Positions 60,301 through 64,000 of a DNA stretch of 64,000 nucleotides are shown here, one piece after another. How positions within the stretch are numbered: position 1 is the first letter of the stretch; each line of letters begins with the position of its first letter. Both the position numbers and the translations under genes were made by a program. The notes under the pieces are model-generated. The model was not told where the DNA came from. It searched no databases and saw only the letters and a program-made list of their open reading frames with translations. Origin of the DNA: Diadema antillarum (lineage: Eukaryota); NCBI RefSeq assembly GCF_040938485.1, contig NW_027270890.1:2976001-3040000 (forward strand). Reading direction: 5' to 3'.

Positions 60301-63298
60301 CTGGACAGGCCCAACCATACAGGTGAACATTCCAGAGTTATATGGCTGGACATTGAACATGACCAGTTCGGTGGTCAGCAGGGAGGGGCGTCTGGTGCCC
60401 ACTGCTTCATCCAAGGTTCCTATGGAGATAGAGAGGATGAGGTTTCAAACAGACAACAAGAGATAAATAATAGACAGATACCTTCTGGTACAAACGAAGG
60501 AAAGACCTGGGCACCATGTCATGAAAGTTGTCAGCCCCGACAAGTTGTCTGTCTCTGACAATCACCATATTAACAGTCAGTGACCAAAGCTTCTCAGCCA
60601 ATCAAAACCAAGGATTTTCCTGAAATTTTCAGAGACTGACAACTTGTCAGGGCTGACAACTTTCATGAAACAGTGCCCTCATCAACAGAAAGTGAGAGAT
60701 AACTATATAATAGACAGAAATGTTCTCATACATACAGTGGAAAGAACTGGTGAACAGAGATTGTGAGAAACCTTAGACAGAAATGTTCTTGTACAAAGAT
60801 GTATGTATACAAAAAAACAAAACAAAACATTGCACAGAAATAGAGAGACAAATAATAGACAGAAATTTACTCACACATAAGTGTACAGCAAGAAAACTTT
60901 TAAAAGAGAGAAAAGGATATATAATAGACAGACATTTACTCTTAAGACATTCAGGAAAGACATATCAGCAGATACTCAGAGAGAAAAAAAAAATCAAATG
61001 ATTATATAACATAACCATTTTGCACACATCATGTGGTGTACATAACTGACAAGATACTTTCCTTTGTTTTCCATAAAACATATCACAAAATTGTGGCAAA
61101 ATTATGATCAAAGGGAAAAACAATATAATGACAAGTGACTTTCATACCCAGTGAGACTCTATTCCCAGTATTATCCATCCAGACTGGGATCCCGTATGTT
61201 TCATCACTGGCATTGCAGGTCAAGTGAAGGTCATCGCCGGCCATTAGGATGACGCTGTCCGGACCACCGATGGTCAGACTGACCGCTAGAGGAGAGAACA
61301 CACAGGGATTAAAGGAAAATGGTTTGAGGTTCCCATTTCTTTGAATGCATGATGTTTTTTATGAATATTTCCTTTGTGTTATGTTAGATTTTATTTCTAC
61401 ATGCACATACAGATAGTCCGAGGGGGCGGGGATTTCGTTGCATATCTTGCATTTTTTTATGTCTACCATATAAACCTTAATATACAAGAACTACTGTATA
61501 AACAGCAGCAGCTGTTATTTCGCGTACAGATATTTTCGCAAATGGGGAGGTCATGGACTTTTTTGTGAGACTCTGTTTTAGCGATTTGATTCTGAGCCTT
61601 ATCGTAAAGAGCATGCACTATTAGTCCAGCATATGGCGACATTTTCGCATGTTGTTAAATTTGTGGTCCAACAGTGATTCACGAAATTTGCAAAAATAAC
61701 ATCTTATACAGTACATACACTTGAAGAGTTTGTTCGCAAAAACCGATAAGTCCATATTTGCCAAATGGAGATATTTGCGATTAAAGGTCAAGAAAAACAA
61801 AGAGAATAATAAGAAAATTTTAGCTTCCTGTGACCATACAGTGTAACTTAAAAAATGTACCTTTATATGAAGTGACCAATATATGTGACAGTGCACCTCA
61901 AAACGAACATAAAGTCGCACGCACTGATTTTGCGTGAGGACTGAAAATAAGTGAAATGGGTCAACCTAGCCGAACTTGACTTTTTCATATTTTCTGAAAG
62001 AGCGGGTCTTCTTTTACATTATACTAAAATTTGGTATCATAAAACGGGCAGGAAAGTATTTTTTTTTAGCAGTTTATCTCAACTTTTTTGGTAGAATAGT
62101 GTGATTAGATGTGCCTTTAGAATCCCCTTTTCATTTCTGAAAAACCTTGTCCACACTCTTCACTTTCAACTCTAATAACTTTTGGAAGGATAGTGCTACT
62201 GCTTTGAGAGTTGGCATTAATTATGGACAGAATGTGTTAATGAGGCACGCTTAATTTCAGTTTAATCTGATAATCCCTTCATTGTTGTTACCCTGGTTGT
62301 TTACTTCCTGTTTTTTGTCCCATTCATCGCACAGCCAGCACGGTTTTGTAAAGATTAAGCGCTTGAATAGACACTGTACTTCAGAGCCTCTTTTCTCAGT
62401 TCACACTTTTCCTGAGTTTGTGCTTTCTTTCCAATATTTAGATAGGTTAGGAGAGTCCATTTGACTTGAGTTATACATCATTTTAAAGCTTAAAGTCTGC
62501 TCTTTTAGAATATGGTCTTAACCCAAAATTCATGTCTGGCGACTTTTTGTTTGTTTTGAGGTGCAGGGTCACATATCATTTAAAAGGTATTATTTTGTGC
62601 TTTATGACAGAGACCGTATTTCAAAATCTTCAAAAATGGACTTATCGGTTTTTGCAAACAAACTCTTCACTTGACACACCAAGTCTTGAAGGAATTTAGC
62701 TGTGAAAATTGTTGTCTCATCATCATCTAAATGGCAACCCTCCATTGCACTGCTACAGGTATCTCATGTTGAAAAAGATTACATGGAACTTGATAAATAC
62801 ATCAGGGCCCTCTTTTATGAAGAGTTAAAATTGATTATAAAGTTGATTTCAACTGTAAGTCTATGGCAGCCTTTGTGGCAAGGAAATTTAAAATCAATTT
62901 TATCTTTTGATACAACGGGGCCCTTACAAAATAATACCAATCTGATACACAATATTAATCTAGATTTTTTGTAATGCATTGCCAATTTAAGGATCAATAC
63001 TGAATTGACCCATTTAGGGCCTTTTTGATAATTCTTCAACAAAAGAAAGTGTGTAATTCATATGAAAGAGGAGTTCTTATGCTATATCCTTAAGAAATAC
63101 TATCACTGATTGGTAAAAATGACAATAAACAGATTAAACATAACGAGAATATGGGATGCGATTGGTTAACCTTTGACCTTTGATCCTTACCAGGAATTTG
63201 GCAGATATCTCCACTGAATCCCTCTGGACAGGTGCAGACTCCAAGCACACACTGACCTCCATTCATACACTCTGGTTCACACTGCAGTGGTAGCGCTT
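10766..63298 (-). CDS. Span of a large multi-exon EGF/Ig repeat protein gene (43 exons seen; 17 EGF-like + 14 Ig); 5' and 3' ends not identified
   Basis: 43 GT-AG-bounded exons, all phase 1-1 and multiples of 3, join into 1940 stop-free codons. All EGFs have 6 Cys. All 14 Ig have B-strand Cys, C-strand Trp and F-strand Cys. Confidence 0.92.
11043..11518. mobile_element. TTAA-flanked non-autonomous DNA transposon (AGG termini, Kolobok-like by inference)
   Basis: TTAA|AGGCAGCCGATCGT..ACGATTGAGTGCCT|TTAA; GC-rich island within an AT-rich intron. Confidence 0.6.
11817..11902. repeat. (AAG)n microsatellite, ~28 units
   Basis: Uninterrupted trinucleotide run. Confidence 0.97.
12080..12338. mobile_element. 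GTGAC-terminal MITE, 259 bp
   Basis: ~40-bp TIR GTGACCCGCTACAACAAAAGGATCCTAAAGTCGCTGAC; flanks AAAT/AAAC. Confidence 0.85.
12414..12650 (-). CDS. Fused exon EGF17 + Ig14 N-half
   Basis: 237 nt, phase 1-1 (acceptor less certain): CFPMCINGGICMEGECRCPAGYTGSHCEGVLPVSINIVPSHDSEPRIGGTISYLCSVNDTNLVEPPIWRNAAGENISY. Confidence 0.86.
12769..12983. mobile_element. MITE with CAGAGCTGCCAAC TIRs and 6-bp TSD
   Basis: CATTCT|CAGAGCTGCCAAC..GTTGGCAGCTCTG|CATTCT; internal repeated GAAAATCAGTA motifs. Confidence 0.8.
13545..13993 (+). mobile_element. 5'-truncated L2/Crack-like LINE 3' end
   Basis: ORF2 C-terminus ILLLVYQCFHKIAPSYFSELL..RVLRSS..YGKRSFRHAAPELWNSIP..FLKTYLF; 3' UTR AAGCGC..GCGCTATATAAGA; (TAA)n tail; antisense to the host gene. 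Confidence 0.85.
14026..14124 (-). CDS. Exon EGF16
   Basis: 99 nt, phase 1-1: RSCEPPCANGGTCNNGVCECVDGFIGGHCELR. Confidence 0.93.
14631..14843. mobile_element. TACTGT-terminal MITE
   Basis: Collinear with 19409-19614 (same orientation). Confidence 0.75.
14914..15054 (-). CDS. Exon Ig13 C-half
   Basis: 141 nt, phase 1-1, not in ORF track: RDDRIYTQRLTSHETKLIIHNFTSEDIGVYRCNGGPLTTTFTIVLA. Confidence 0.91.
15316..15677. mobile_element. Fold-back element: 158-bp inverted arms (2 mismatches) around a 46-bp spacer, carrying a tRNA-like sequence
   Basis: Arms 15316-15473 and 15520-15677 are reverse complements. Confidence 0.9.
15509..15579 (+). other. tRNA-derived Pol III promoter-like head (not a canonical tRNA)
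   Basis: A-box TGGTCTAGTGG, B-box GGTTCGAATCC, intact T-arm GTAGG-TTCGAAT-CCTGC, partial acceptor stem; non-canonical anticodon arm. Confidence 0.65.
15907..16065 (-). CDS. Exon Ig13 N-half
   Basis: 159 nt, phase 1-1: GIRSSIVIIPSIEKSPMVGEDIEFLCRTSGPNAPRYPFWRNPSGRIISSNPA. Confidence 0.91.
16089..16472. mobile_element. TTAA-flanked fold-back MITE (AGGG termini, Kolobok-like by inference)
   Basis: TTAA|AGGG..CCCT|TTAA with long imperfect internal palindrome; lies ~20 nt upstream of the Ig13-N acceptor. Confidence 0.75.
17060..17158 (-). CDS. Exon EGF15
   Basis: 99 nt, phase 1-1: RPCPLNCANGGTCEDGVCLCPTGYQGSFCQIG. Confidence 0.93.
17614..17861. mobile_element. ~248-bp GAAGAG MITE (subfamily 2)
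   Basis: ATTT|GAAGAGTTT..AAACTCTTC|ATTT, perfect 4-bp TSD; inverted relative to 4992 and 7820. Confidence 0.85.
18030..18167 (-). CDS. Exon Ig12 C-half
   Basis: 138 nt, phase 1-1: EDRVFTFDVNATATRLYIRPLAEGDTGLYTCATGPLNSTVFITIE. Confidence 0.92.
18980..19141. mobile_element. PIF/Harbinger-like MITE
   Basis: ~40-bp TIR GGCACTGTTTCATGAAAGTTGTCAGCCCTGACAAGTTGT; flanks CTG/CAG; second copy 60510-60677. Confidence 0.85.
19164..19322 (-). CDS. Exon Ig12 N-half
   Basis: 159 nt, phase 1-1: IQPMSISILPEEGQVFYTGENIAFLCLTQGTFAPQNPKWREPSGRIVGNRQT. Confidence 0.92.
19409..19614. mobile_element. TACTGT-terminal MITE
   Basis: TACTGTAA..TTACAGTA; homolog of 14631-14843. Confidence 0.75.
19944..20042 (-). 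CDS. Exon EGF14
   Basis: 99 nt, phase 1-1: PSCIPECENGGECVGGECRCPTGFNGSACELQ. Confidence 0.93.
21346..21447 (-). CDS. Exon EGF13
   Basis: 102 nt, phase 1-1, not in ORF track: AYSCIPRCVNGGQCIEGICVCSEGFLGEACDRI. Confidence 0.92.
21820..21966 (-). CDS. Exon Ig11 C-half
   Basis: 147 nt, phase 1-1: ESNHIFTTRKSGFTTELQITNVSFADSGTYACNAGPLQQSISVTIHNT. Confidence 0.92.
22544..22702 (-). CDS. Exon Ig11 N-half
   Basis: 159 nt, phase 1-1: SIDANLRIELDPDNEYTEGGNVTFRCITSGPDAPMNPRWRKGDFQYINSAVF. Confidence 0.91.
22727..22921. other. Assembly gap (195 N)
   Basis: Run of N starting 24 nt upstream of the Ig11-N acceptor. Confidence 0.99.
23487..23591 (-). CDS. Exon EGF12
   Basis: 105 nt, phase 1-1: PGCHSQRPCYNGGTCMGGRCFCQVDFTGDLCQFT. 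Confidence 0.93.
24261..24302. repeat. (CT)n microsatellite
   Basis: Directly visible. Confidence 0.95.
24806..25574. mobile_element. TACTGTATACGC-type MITE interrupted near its end by a second MITE
   Basis: Outer parts collinear with the uninterrupted inverted copy at 56435-56660. Confidence 0.8.
25032..25558. mobile_element. Nested 527-bp TACTGTAAACGT-terminal MITE
   Basis: TACTGTAAACGT..ACGTTTACAGTA inside the 24806 element at a TA-rich site. Confidence 0.8.
26461..26599. repeat. Imperfect palindrome (~62-bp arms) with GAC-GAA-GTC apex; core of a probable larger repeat element
   Basis: GGAACAT-ACCAAATGTTCCACCC..GTCCC / GGGAC..GGGTGGAACGTTTGGTACATGTTCC. Confidence 0.8.
27281..27379 (-). 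CDS. Exon EGF11
   Basis: 99 nt, phase 1-1: SRCTPPCLNGGVCRGGQCECPETHMGRDCSQQ. Confidence 0.92.
28560..28574 (-). CDS. Candidate 15-nt linker microexon between Ig10 and EGF11
   Basis: gtctctgtgtgtgttactcttctaaag|GC CAA GAT TCT GAA G|gtaata; phase 1-1, (G)QDSE. Confidence 0.4.
29348..29485 (-). CDS. Exon Ig10 C-half
   Basis: 138 nt, phase 1-1: GSDSVHVEFEMQNSTRLHLDSITPNQAGIYICNAGPVAAVYNVSL. Confidence 0.92.
29545..29704. mobile_element. TACTGT-terminal MITE
   Basis: TACTGTAAAAC..GTTTTGCAGTA; partial relative at ~44096-44210. Confidence 0.7.
29888..30050. mobile_element. Small DNA element with GGCGGATCCAG TIRs (hAT-like by inference)
   Basis: CAAGGGCGGATCCAG..CTGGATCCGCCACTG; no clear TSD. Confidence 0.6.
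30490..30728. repeat. Degenerate ~28-29-bp minisatellite, ~8 units
   Basis: Unit GGGACTAAGTAATGACTAAGACTA(T/G)GCT. Confidence 0.85.
30754..30912 (-). CDS. Exon Ig10 N-half
   Basis: 159 nt, phase 1-1: EDDFEVVFTPSSDVRPSPGEGFNIRCEVQGPILLERPMWTGPLGQEIAPAGR. Confidence 0.92.
30953..31408. repeat. ~64-bp minisatellite, ~7 units
   Basis: GACTCTTATC recurs at 31018, 31082, 31147, 31211, 31275 and 31344. Confidence 0.9.
31664..31762 (-). CDS. Exon EGF10
   Basis: 99 nt, phase 1-1: PRCLPTCQNGGDCVEGVCQCSPEYTGSHCQYS. Confidence 0.93.
32431..32574 (-). CDS. Exon Ig9 C-half
   Basis: 144 nt, phase 1-1: VNIAGLLVQRVSLTKSRLVIQDITEDDTGIYTCAAEPKRETIILNIY. Confidence 0.9.
32596..32815. repeat. 55-bp tandem repeat, 4 near-identical units
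   Basis: AACATAATGACACCGATTAATACACAAGAATACACAGAGACAGAACACTATACAT x4. Confidence 0.95.
34187..34875. mobile_element. 689-bp GTGAC-terminal non-autonomous DNA transposon
   Basis: ATAT|GTGACCCTGCACCTCAAAAC..GTTTTGAGGTGCACGGTCAC|ATAT; closely similar inverted copy at 61885-62572. Confidence 0.9.
36226..36394. mobile_element. PIF/Harbinger-like hairpin MITE
   Basis: ~65-bp near-perfect arms TGTTTCATAAAGCTGTTCGTAAAGTTACGAAC..; flanks CTG/CGG. Confidence 0.85.
36531..36563 (-). CDS. Candidate 33-nt microexon inside Ig9
   Basis: Pyrimidine tract + tgtag|AA GAC CCC TTT GTG GAA GAA TTC TCA TTC TCA G|gtaaca; phase 1-1, (E)DPFVEEFSFS. Confidence 0.6.
37237..37493. mobile_element. TA-flanked MITE abutting the donor of microexon 37501-37533
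   Basis: Inverted GCTGGGG(T/C)GACAAGACCTCGTATCT cores near each end; TA at 37235-36 and 37494-95. Confidence 0.7.
37501..37533 (-). CDS. Candidate 33-nt microexon inside Ig9
   Basis: catag|AC TCA GAG CTG GCG AAT TCA TTT AGC TCC TCA G|gtaatt; phase 1-1, (D)SELANSFSSS; 272-nt AG-free zone upstream. Confidence 0.5.
39422..39577 (-). CDS. Exon Ig9 N-half
   Basis: 156 nt, phase 1-1: FIPYNVTITPDQELTPSVGDSVSFLCESTGPEAPTPVWYDPNGRVISPSRA. Confidence 0.92.
39633..39725. mobile_element. ~90-bp piggyBac-like mini-element
   Basis: TTAA|CCCATTGAGGA..TCCTCAACGGG|TTAA; relatives at 43099-43191, 46528-46620, 52490-52653, 54607-54696 and degenerate ones at ~13320 and ~23195-23375. Confidence 0.8.
40817..40915 (-). 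CDS. Exon EGF9
   Basis: 99 nt, phase 1-1: [32 protein letters not shown]. Confidence 0.93.
41085..41331. mobile_element. ~248-bp GAAGAG MITE (subfamily 1)
   Basis: AAAT|GAAGAGTTTGTTCGCAAAAACCGATAAGTCCAT..ATGGACTTATCGGTTTTTGCAAACAAACTCTTC|AAAT. Confidence 0.9.
41905..42048 (-). CDS. Exon Ig8 C-half
   Basis: 144 nt, phase 1-1: PSPPPVHAVSVSPLVTRLVIDSVSQDLAGDLACTAGPLTSLYTLNIP. Confidence 0.9.
42468..42632. mobile_element. PIF/Harbinger-like MITE with 3-bp CAG TSD
   Basis: CAG|GGATCCATTTCAT..ATGAAATGGGGCC|CAG; the empty site is preserved in the adjacent duplicated segment. Confidence 0.85.
42674..42943 (-). CDS. Fused exon EGF8 + Ig8 N-half (no intron between them)
   Basis: 270 nt, phase 1-1: GECENPCTNGGTCDNGACLCPLGFAGRTCEVPVGPDGILVNITITSSLDHDPQIGEGVSFLCELSPNPLYTNPQWHGPTGQVVPVVDAL. 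Confidence 0.9.
   Translation of the reverse strand: MENVRTPALMEEPVITEPAFVRLALPAALARCPSVRTVSWSTSPSRRRLTTTRRLGRGSVSCVSSVPTRCTPTHNGTAPLDRSYPSSML
43099..43191. mobile_element. ~90-bp piggyBac-like mini-element
   Basis: TTAACCC..GGGTTAA; homolog of 39633. Confidence 0.78.
43781..43918 (-). CDS. Exon Ig7 C-half
   Basis: 138 nt, phase 1-1: GTRHLNTRVTRRTNRLTISKLTVEDAGQYTCQVGPIISSFDIIPR. Confidence 0.92.
45022..45180 (-). CDS. Exon Ig7 N-half
   Basis: 159 nt, phase 1-1: TENYQLRIRVQRNPEFLLDEVTKILCEIRGNNNQENPVWRGPNGQVIRPAGR. Confidence 0.9.
45685..45783 (-). CDS. Exon EGF7
   Basis: 99 nt, phase 1-1: QECTVPCANGGTCVEGTCQCVGDFVGGFCQNI. Confidence 0.92.
46330..46467 (-). CDS. Exon Ig6 C-half
   Basis: 138 nt, phase 1-1: GQRIFSDVQSNTETALTITSAESGDAGRYSCVVGMNRADYLLSVS. 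Confidence 0.91.
46528..46620. mobile_element. ~90-bp piggyBac-like mini-element
   Basis: TTAACCCATTGAGGA..GGGTTAA. Confidence 0.78.
47327..47479 (-). CDS. Exon Ig6 N-half
   Basis: 153 nt, phase 1-1: RRPFSIEIQGPPRETPEIGDDLTLICRVSRSGEGIPTWLGPDNQPIAGIQ. Confidence 0.9.
48259..49412. mobile_element. 1154-bp non-autonomous piggyBac-like element
   Basis: TTAA|CTCTTAATGTGCCA..TGGCACGTTAAGAG|TTAA; subterminal GGCGACCATGGCACGT repeats; no transposase frame recognised. Confidence 0.8.
49582..49680 (-). CDS. Exon EGF6
   Basis: 99 nt, phase 1-1: [32 protein letters not shown]. Confidence 0.93.
50429..50569 (-). CDS. Exon Ig5 C-half
   Basis: 141 nt, phase 1-1: GTSHFTSEVIDRKATRLVINDLQVMDSGPYVCNVGPVTTQFDIQVQ. 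Confidence 0.92.
51123..51263 (-). CDS. Exon Ig5 N-half
   Basis: 141 nt, phase 1-1: FVVSINQTLPSLPRTGDSVSFICEVDPSSPYDNPIWYDPYGVPVSQ. Confidence 0.92.
51371..51655 (-). mobile_element. tRNA-derived SINE with a Deu/Nin-like central domain (by recollection of the motif)
   Basis: A-box TAGCACAATCGG, B-box GGTTCAATTC, central GTCCCTAGGATAGGACATTAACTGGAGGTCC; 3' end approximate. Confidence 0.75.
52135..52233 (-). CDS. Exon EGF5
   Basis: 99 nt, phase 1-1: IPCERPCFYGGRCVNGACECQEGFVGEQCETP. Confidence 0.92.
52490..52653. mobile_element. Two nested/overlapping copies of the ~90-bp piggyBac-like mini-element
   Basis: TTAACCCATTGAGGATG followed by a second TTAACCAGTTGAGGATG..CCTCAATGGGTTA and an outer GGGTTAA. 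Confidence 0.7.
52704..52844 (-). CDS. Exon Ig4 C-half
   Basis: 141 nt, phase 1-1, not in ORF track: GNSHVHMEPLTPYATRLFINDLRLTDAGMYVCKVGPVEKRFTVLAE. Confidence 0.92.
53351..53503 (-). CDS. Exon Ig4 N-half
   Basis: 153 nt, phase 1-1: NSFILVTEPEGQVPIVGQNQSFVCEVSRENPYGIPVWLDREGAIIESLNE. Confidence 0.92.
54158..54232. repeat. (CTACGT/CTACTT)n hexamer microsatellite
   Basis: Directly visible. Confidence 0.93.
54357..54452 (-). CDS. Exon EGF4
   Basis: 96 nt, phase 1-1: PACYPPCINGVCTDGRCECPVGLTGIQCNMP. Confidence 0.93.
54769..55018. mobile_element. ~248-bp GAAGAG MITE (subfamily 1), inverted relative to 41085 and 61723
   Basis: ACTT|GAAGAG..CTCTTC|ACTT. Confidence 0.9.
55259..55524 (-). mobile_element. 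tRNA-derived SINE
   Basis: A-box TGGCTCAGTGAG, B-box GGGTTCAAACCC, body GTCATACCAAAAGACGTTAAAA, (ATT)n tail. Confidence 0.82.
55586..55726 (-). CDS. Exon Ig3 C-half
   Basis: 141 nt, phase 1-1: RRSSPFTEDITPFATQLHFVDAHFHDTGTYTCRVGPFSKLFNITFA. Confidence 0.92.
56435..56660. mobile_element. TACTGT-terminal MITE
   Basis: TACTGTAAACGCCA..TGGCGTATACAGTA; ~11 nt from the Ig3-N donor; homolog of 24806. Confidence 0.85.
56672..56824 (-). CDS. Exon Ig3 N-half
   Basis: 153 nt, phase 1-1: SDFIVIGEPIGQVPEVMGNATFLCEVPESSSYGSPRWLDPAGQEISAVNL. Confidence 0.92.
   Translation of the reverse strand, partial: RQISLSSESRLDKSLKSWVMPPSCVRSQRAAPMGHPAGWTLLDRRSQLSI
57248..57346 (-). CDS. Exon EGF3
   Basis: 99 nt, phase 1-1: LECTPACENGGTCIEGECLCNEGYTGETCSEQ. 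Confidence 0.93.
57803..57931 (-). CDS. Exon Ig2 C-half
   Basis: 129 nt, phase 1-1: MYVDVVNDMSSELVITDLQSDDLGIYYCTGGPDVEYINVEFA. Confidence 0.92.
58604..58759 (-). CDS. Exon Ig2 N-half
   Basis: 156 nt, phase 1-1: DGYVSISTDLGQLPNPGTTVRYRCNVKQGDHFVQRPQWFRNGQLIDPAQQG. Confidence 0.9.
58798..59044. mobile_element. ~248-bp GAAGAG MITE (subfamily 2, degenerate ends)
   Basis: Collinear with 17614-17861. Confidence 0.75.
59575..59673 (-). CDS. Exon EGF2
   Basis: 99 nt, phase 1-1: PDCVPVCRNNGTCVNGECQCTADWVGSECKVP. Confidence 0.92.
60270..60419 (-). CDS. Exon Ig1 C-half
   Basis: 150 nt, phase 1-1: TLDEAVGTRRPSLLTTELVMFNVQPYNSGMFTCMVGPVQTTVMVLVAGE. Confidence 0.9.
60510..60677. mobile_element. PIF/Harbinger-like MITE
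   Basis: Same TIR as 18980-19141. Confidence 0.83.
61148..61285 (-). CDS. Exon Ig1 N-half
   Basis: 138 nt, phase 1-1: VSLTIGGPDSVILMAGDDLHLTCNASDETYGIPVWMDNTGNRVSL. Confidence 0.92.
61492..61713. mobile_element. TACTGT-terminal MITE
   Basis: TACTGTATAA..TTATACAGTA. Confidence 0.65.
61723..62668. mobile_element. GAAGAG MITE (subfamily 1) split by a nested 688-bp element
   Basis: ACTT TSD; the two halves rejoin to match 41085-41331. Confidence 0.9.
61885..62572. mobile_element. 688-bp GTGAC-terminal element nested in the GAAGAG MITE
   Basis: ATAT|GTGACAGTGCACCTCAAAAC..GTTTTGAGGTGCAGGGTCAC|ATAT; the empty site in the 41085 copy has a single ATAT. Confidence 0.9.
63191..63298 (-). CDS. Exon EGF1
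   Basis: 108 nt, AG/GT, phase 1-1: ALPLQCEPECMNGGQCVLGVCTCPEGFSGDICQIP. Confidence 0.93.
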
Positions 63299-63395
63299 CT
63301 TCAAGTACAACAACAGAAATAGGATAGCTTCTGATACCTCTTTGACTCAAATAAAAATGTGTAATTCAAATAAGAGTTCTTTAATACATGTATAT

Positions 63396-64000
63396 GTAAC
63401 CGTGCATCACAAAACGAACAAAAAGTCGCACCCCTTAATTTTACATGTCGATTCAAAAAAGGTGAAATGGGTCAACCGAGTCAATTTTGGGTTTTTCATT
63501 TATTCTGAAAGAGCTATTCTTCTTCTACATTATACCCGACTTGGGGATCATAAAATGAATGGGAAAGTGTGTTTTGAGCAATTTTTCTACAACCTCTTTT
63601 TTGTACAGTAGTGAAATCATGTATGTCTTCGAGGCCCCTTAATCTCTGGAAAATCTTTTGCACATTATTCACTTTCAACTTTAATAACTTTTGAAAGGAT
63701 GGTGCTACTGCTTTGAAAGTTGGCATTGATTATGGACAGAATGTGTTGATAAGCTCAATTTCAGTTCAATCTGATAATCCCTTCATTGTTTCTACTCCGA
63801 TGGTTTACATTCTGTTTTTTGTCCCATTCATCGCACAACCAGCACGGCTTGGTGAAGATTAAAGCACTTGAATAGACACTGTACTTCAGAGACTCTTTTC
63901 TCAGTTCACACTTTTCCAGAGTGTGTGCTTTCTTTTCAGTACTTAGATTGGTTAGGGAAGTCCATTTGAATTGAGTTATATATCATTTTAAAGCTTAGAG
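63396..64000. mobile_element. Diverged relative of the 688-bp GTGAC element, running off the window
   Basis: ATAT|GTAACCGTGCATCACAAAACGAAC..; interior collinear with 61885-62572. Confidence 0.8.

Overview
Eukaryotic animal DNA: AT-rich, spliced and MITE/SINE-dense. The repeat content looks echinoderm-like, but that is an inference. Two components dominate. (1) Positions 1-~2700 hold the 5' part of a DIRS1-like retrotransposon on the minus strand: intact gag, then a pol/RT frame with a YLDD motif and one frameshift, running off the window edge. A U_UUU_UUA slippery heptamer sits exactly where the pol frame opens. (2) Positions 10766-63298 hold 43 exons of one large minus-strand gene that I spliced by hand (5820 nt, 1940 codons, no stops). 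It encodes an extracellular array of 17 short EGF-like and 14 Ig domains: (EGF-Ig)x10, EGF-EGF-Ig, EGF-EGF-Ig, EGF-Ig, EGF-EGF-Ig. Every Ig is split into two half-domain exons, and every intron, including the mid-Ig one, is GT-AG phase 1. All exons are therefore frame-neutral cassettes. Three candidate in-frame microexons (33, 33 and 15 nt) were found, two of them inside Ig9. Neither the start nor a convincing end (TM, GPI or stop) of the gene is visible. Introns carry many non-autonomous DNA transposons (4-bp ANNT TSD, TTAA, TA, CWG and 6-bp TSD types, some nested), two tRNA-derived SINEs, an L2/Crack-like LINE 3' end, a 362-bp fold-back element with a tRNA-like Pol III head, minisatellites and one 195-N assembly gap. 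Coordinates were counted by eye and family names are by motif recognition, not database search.
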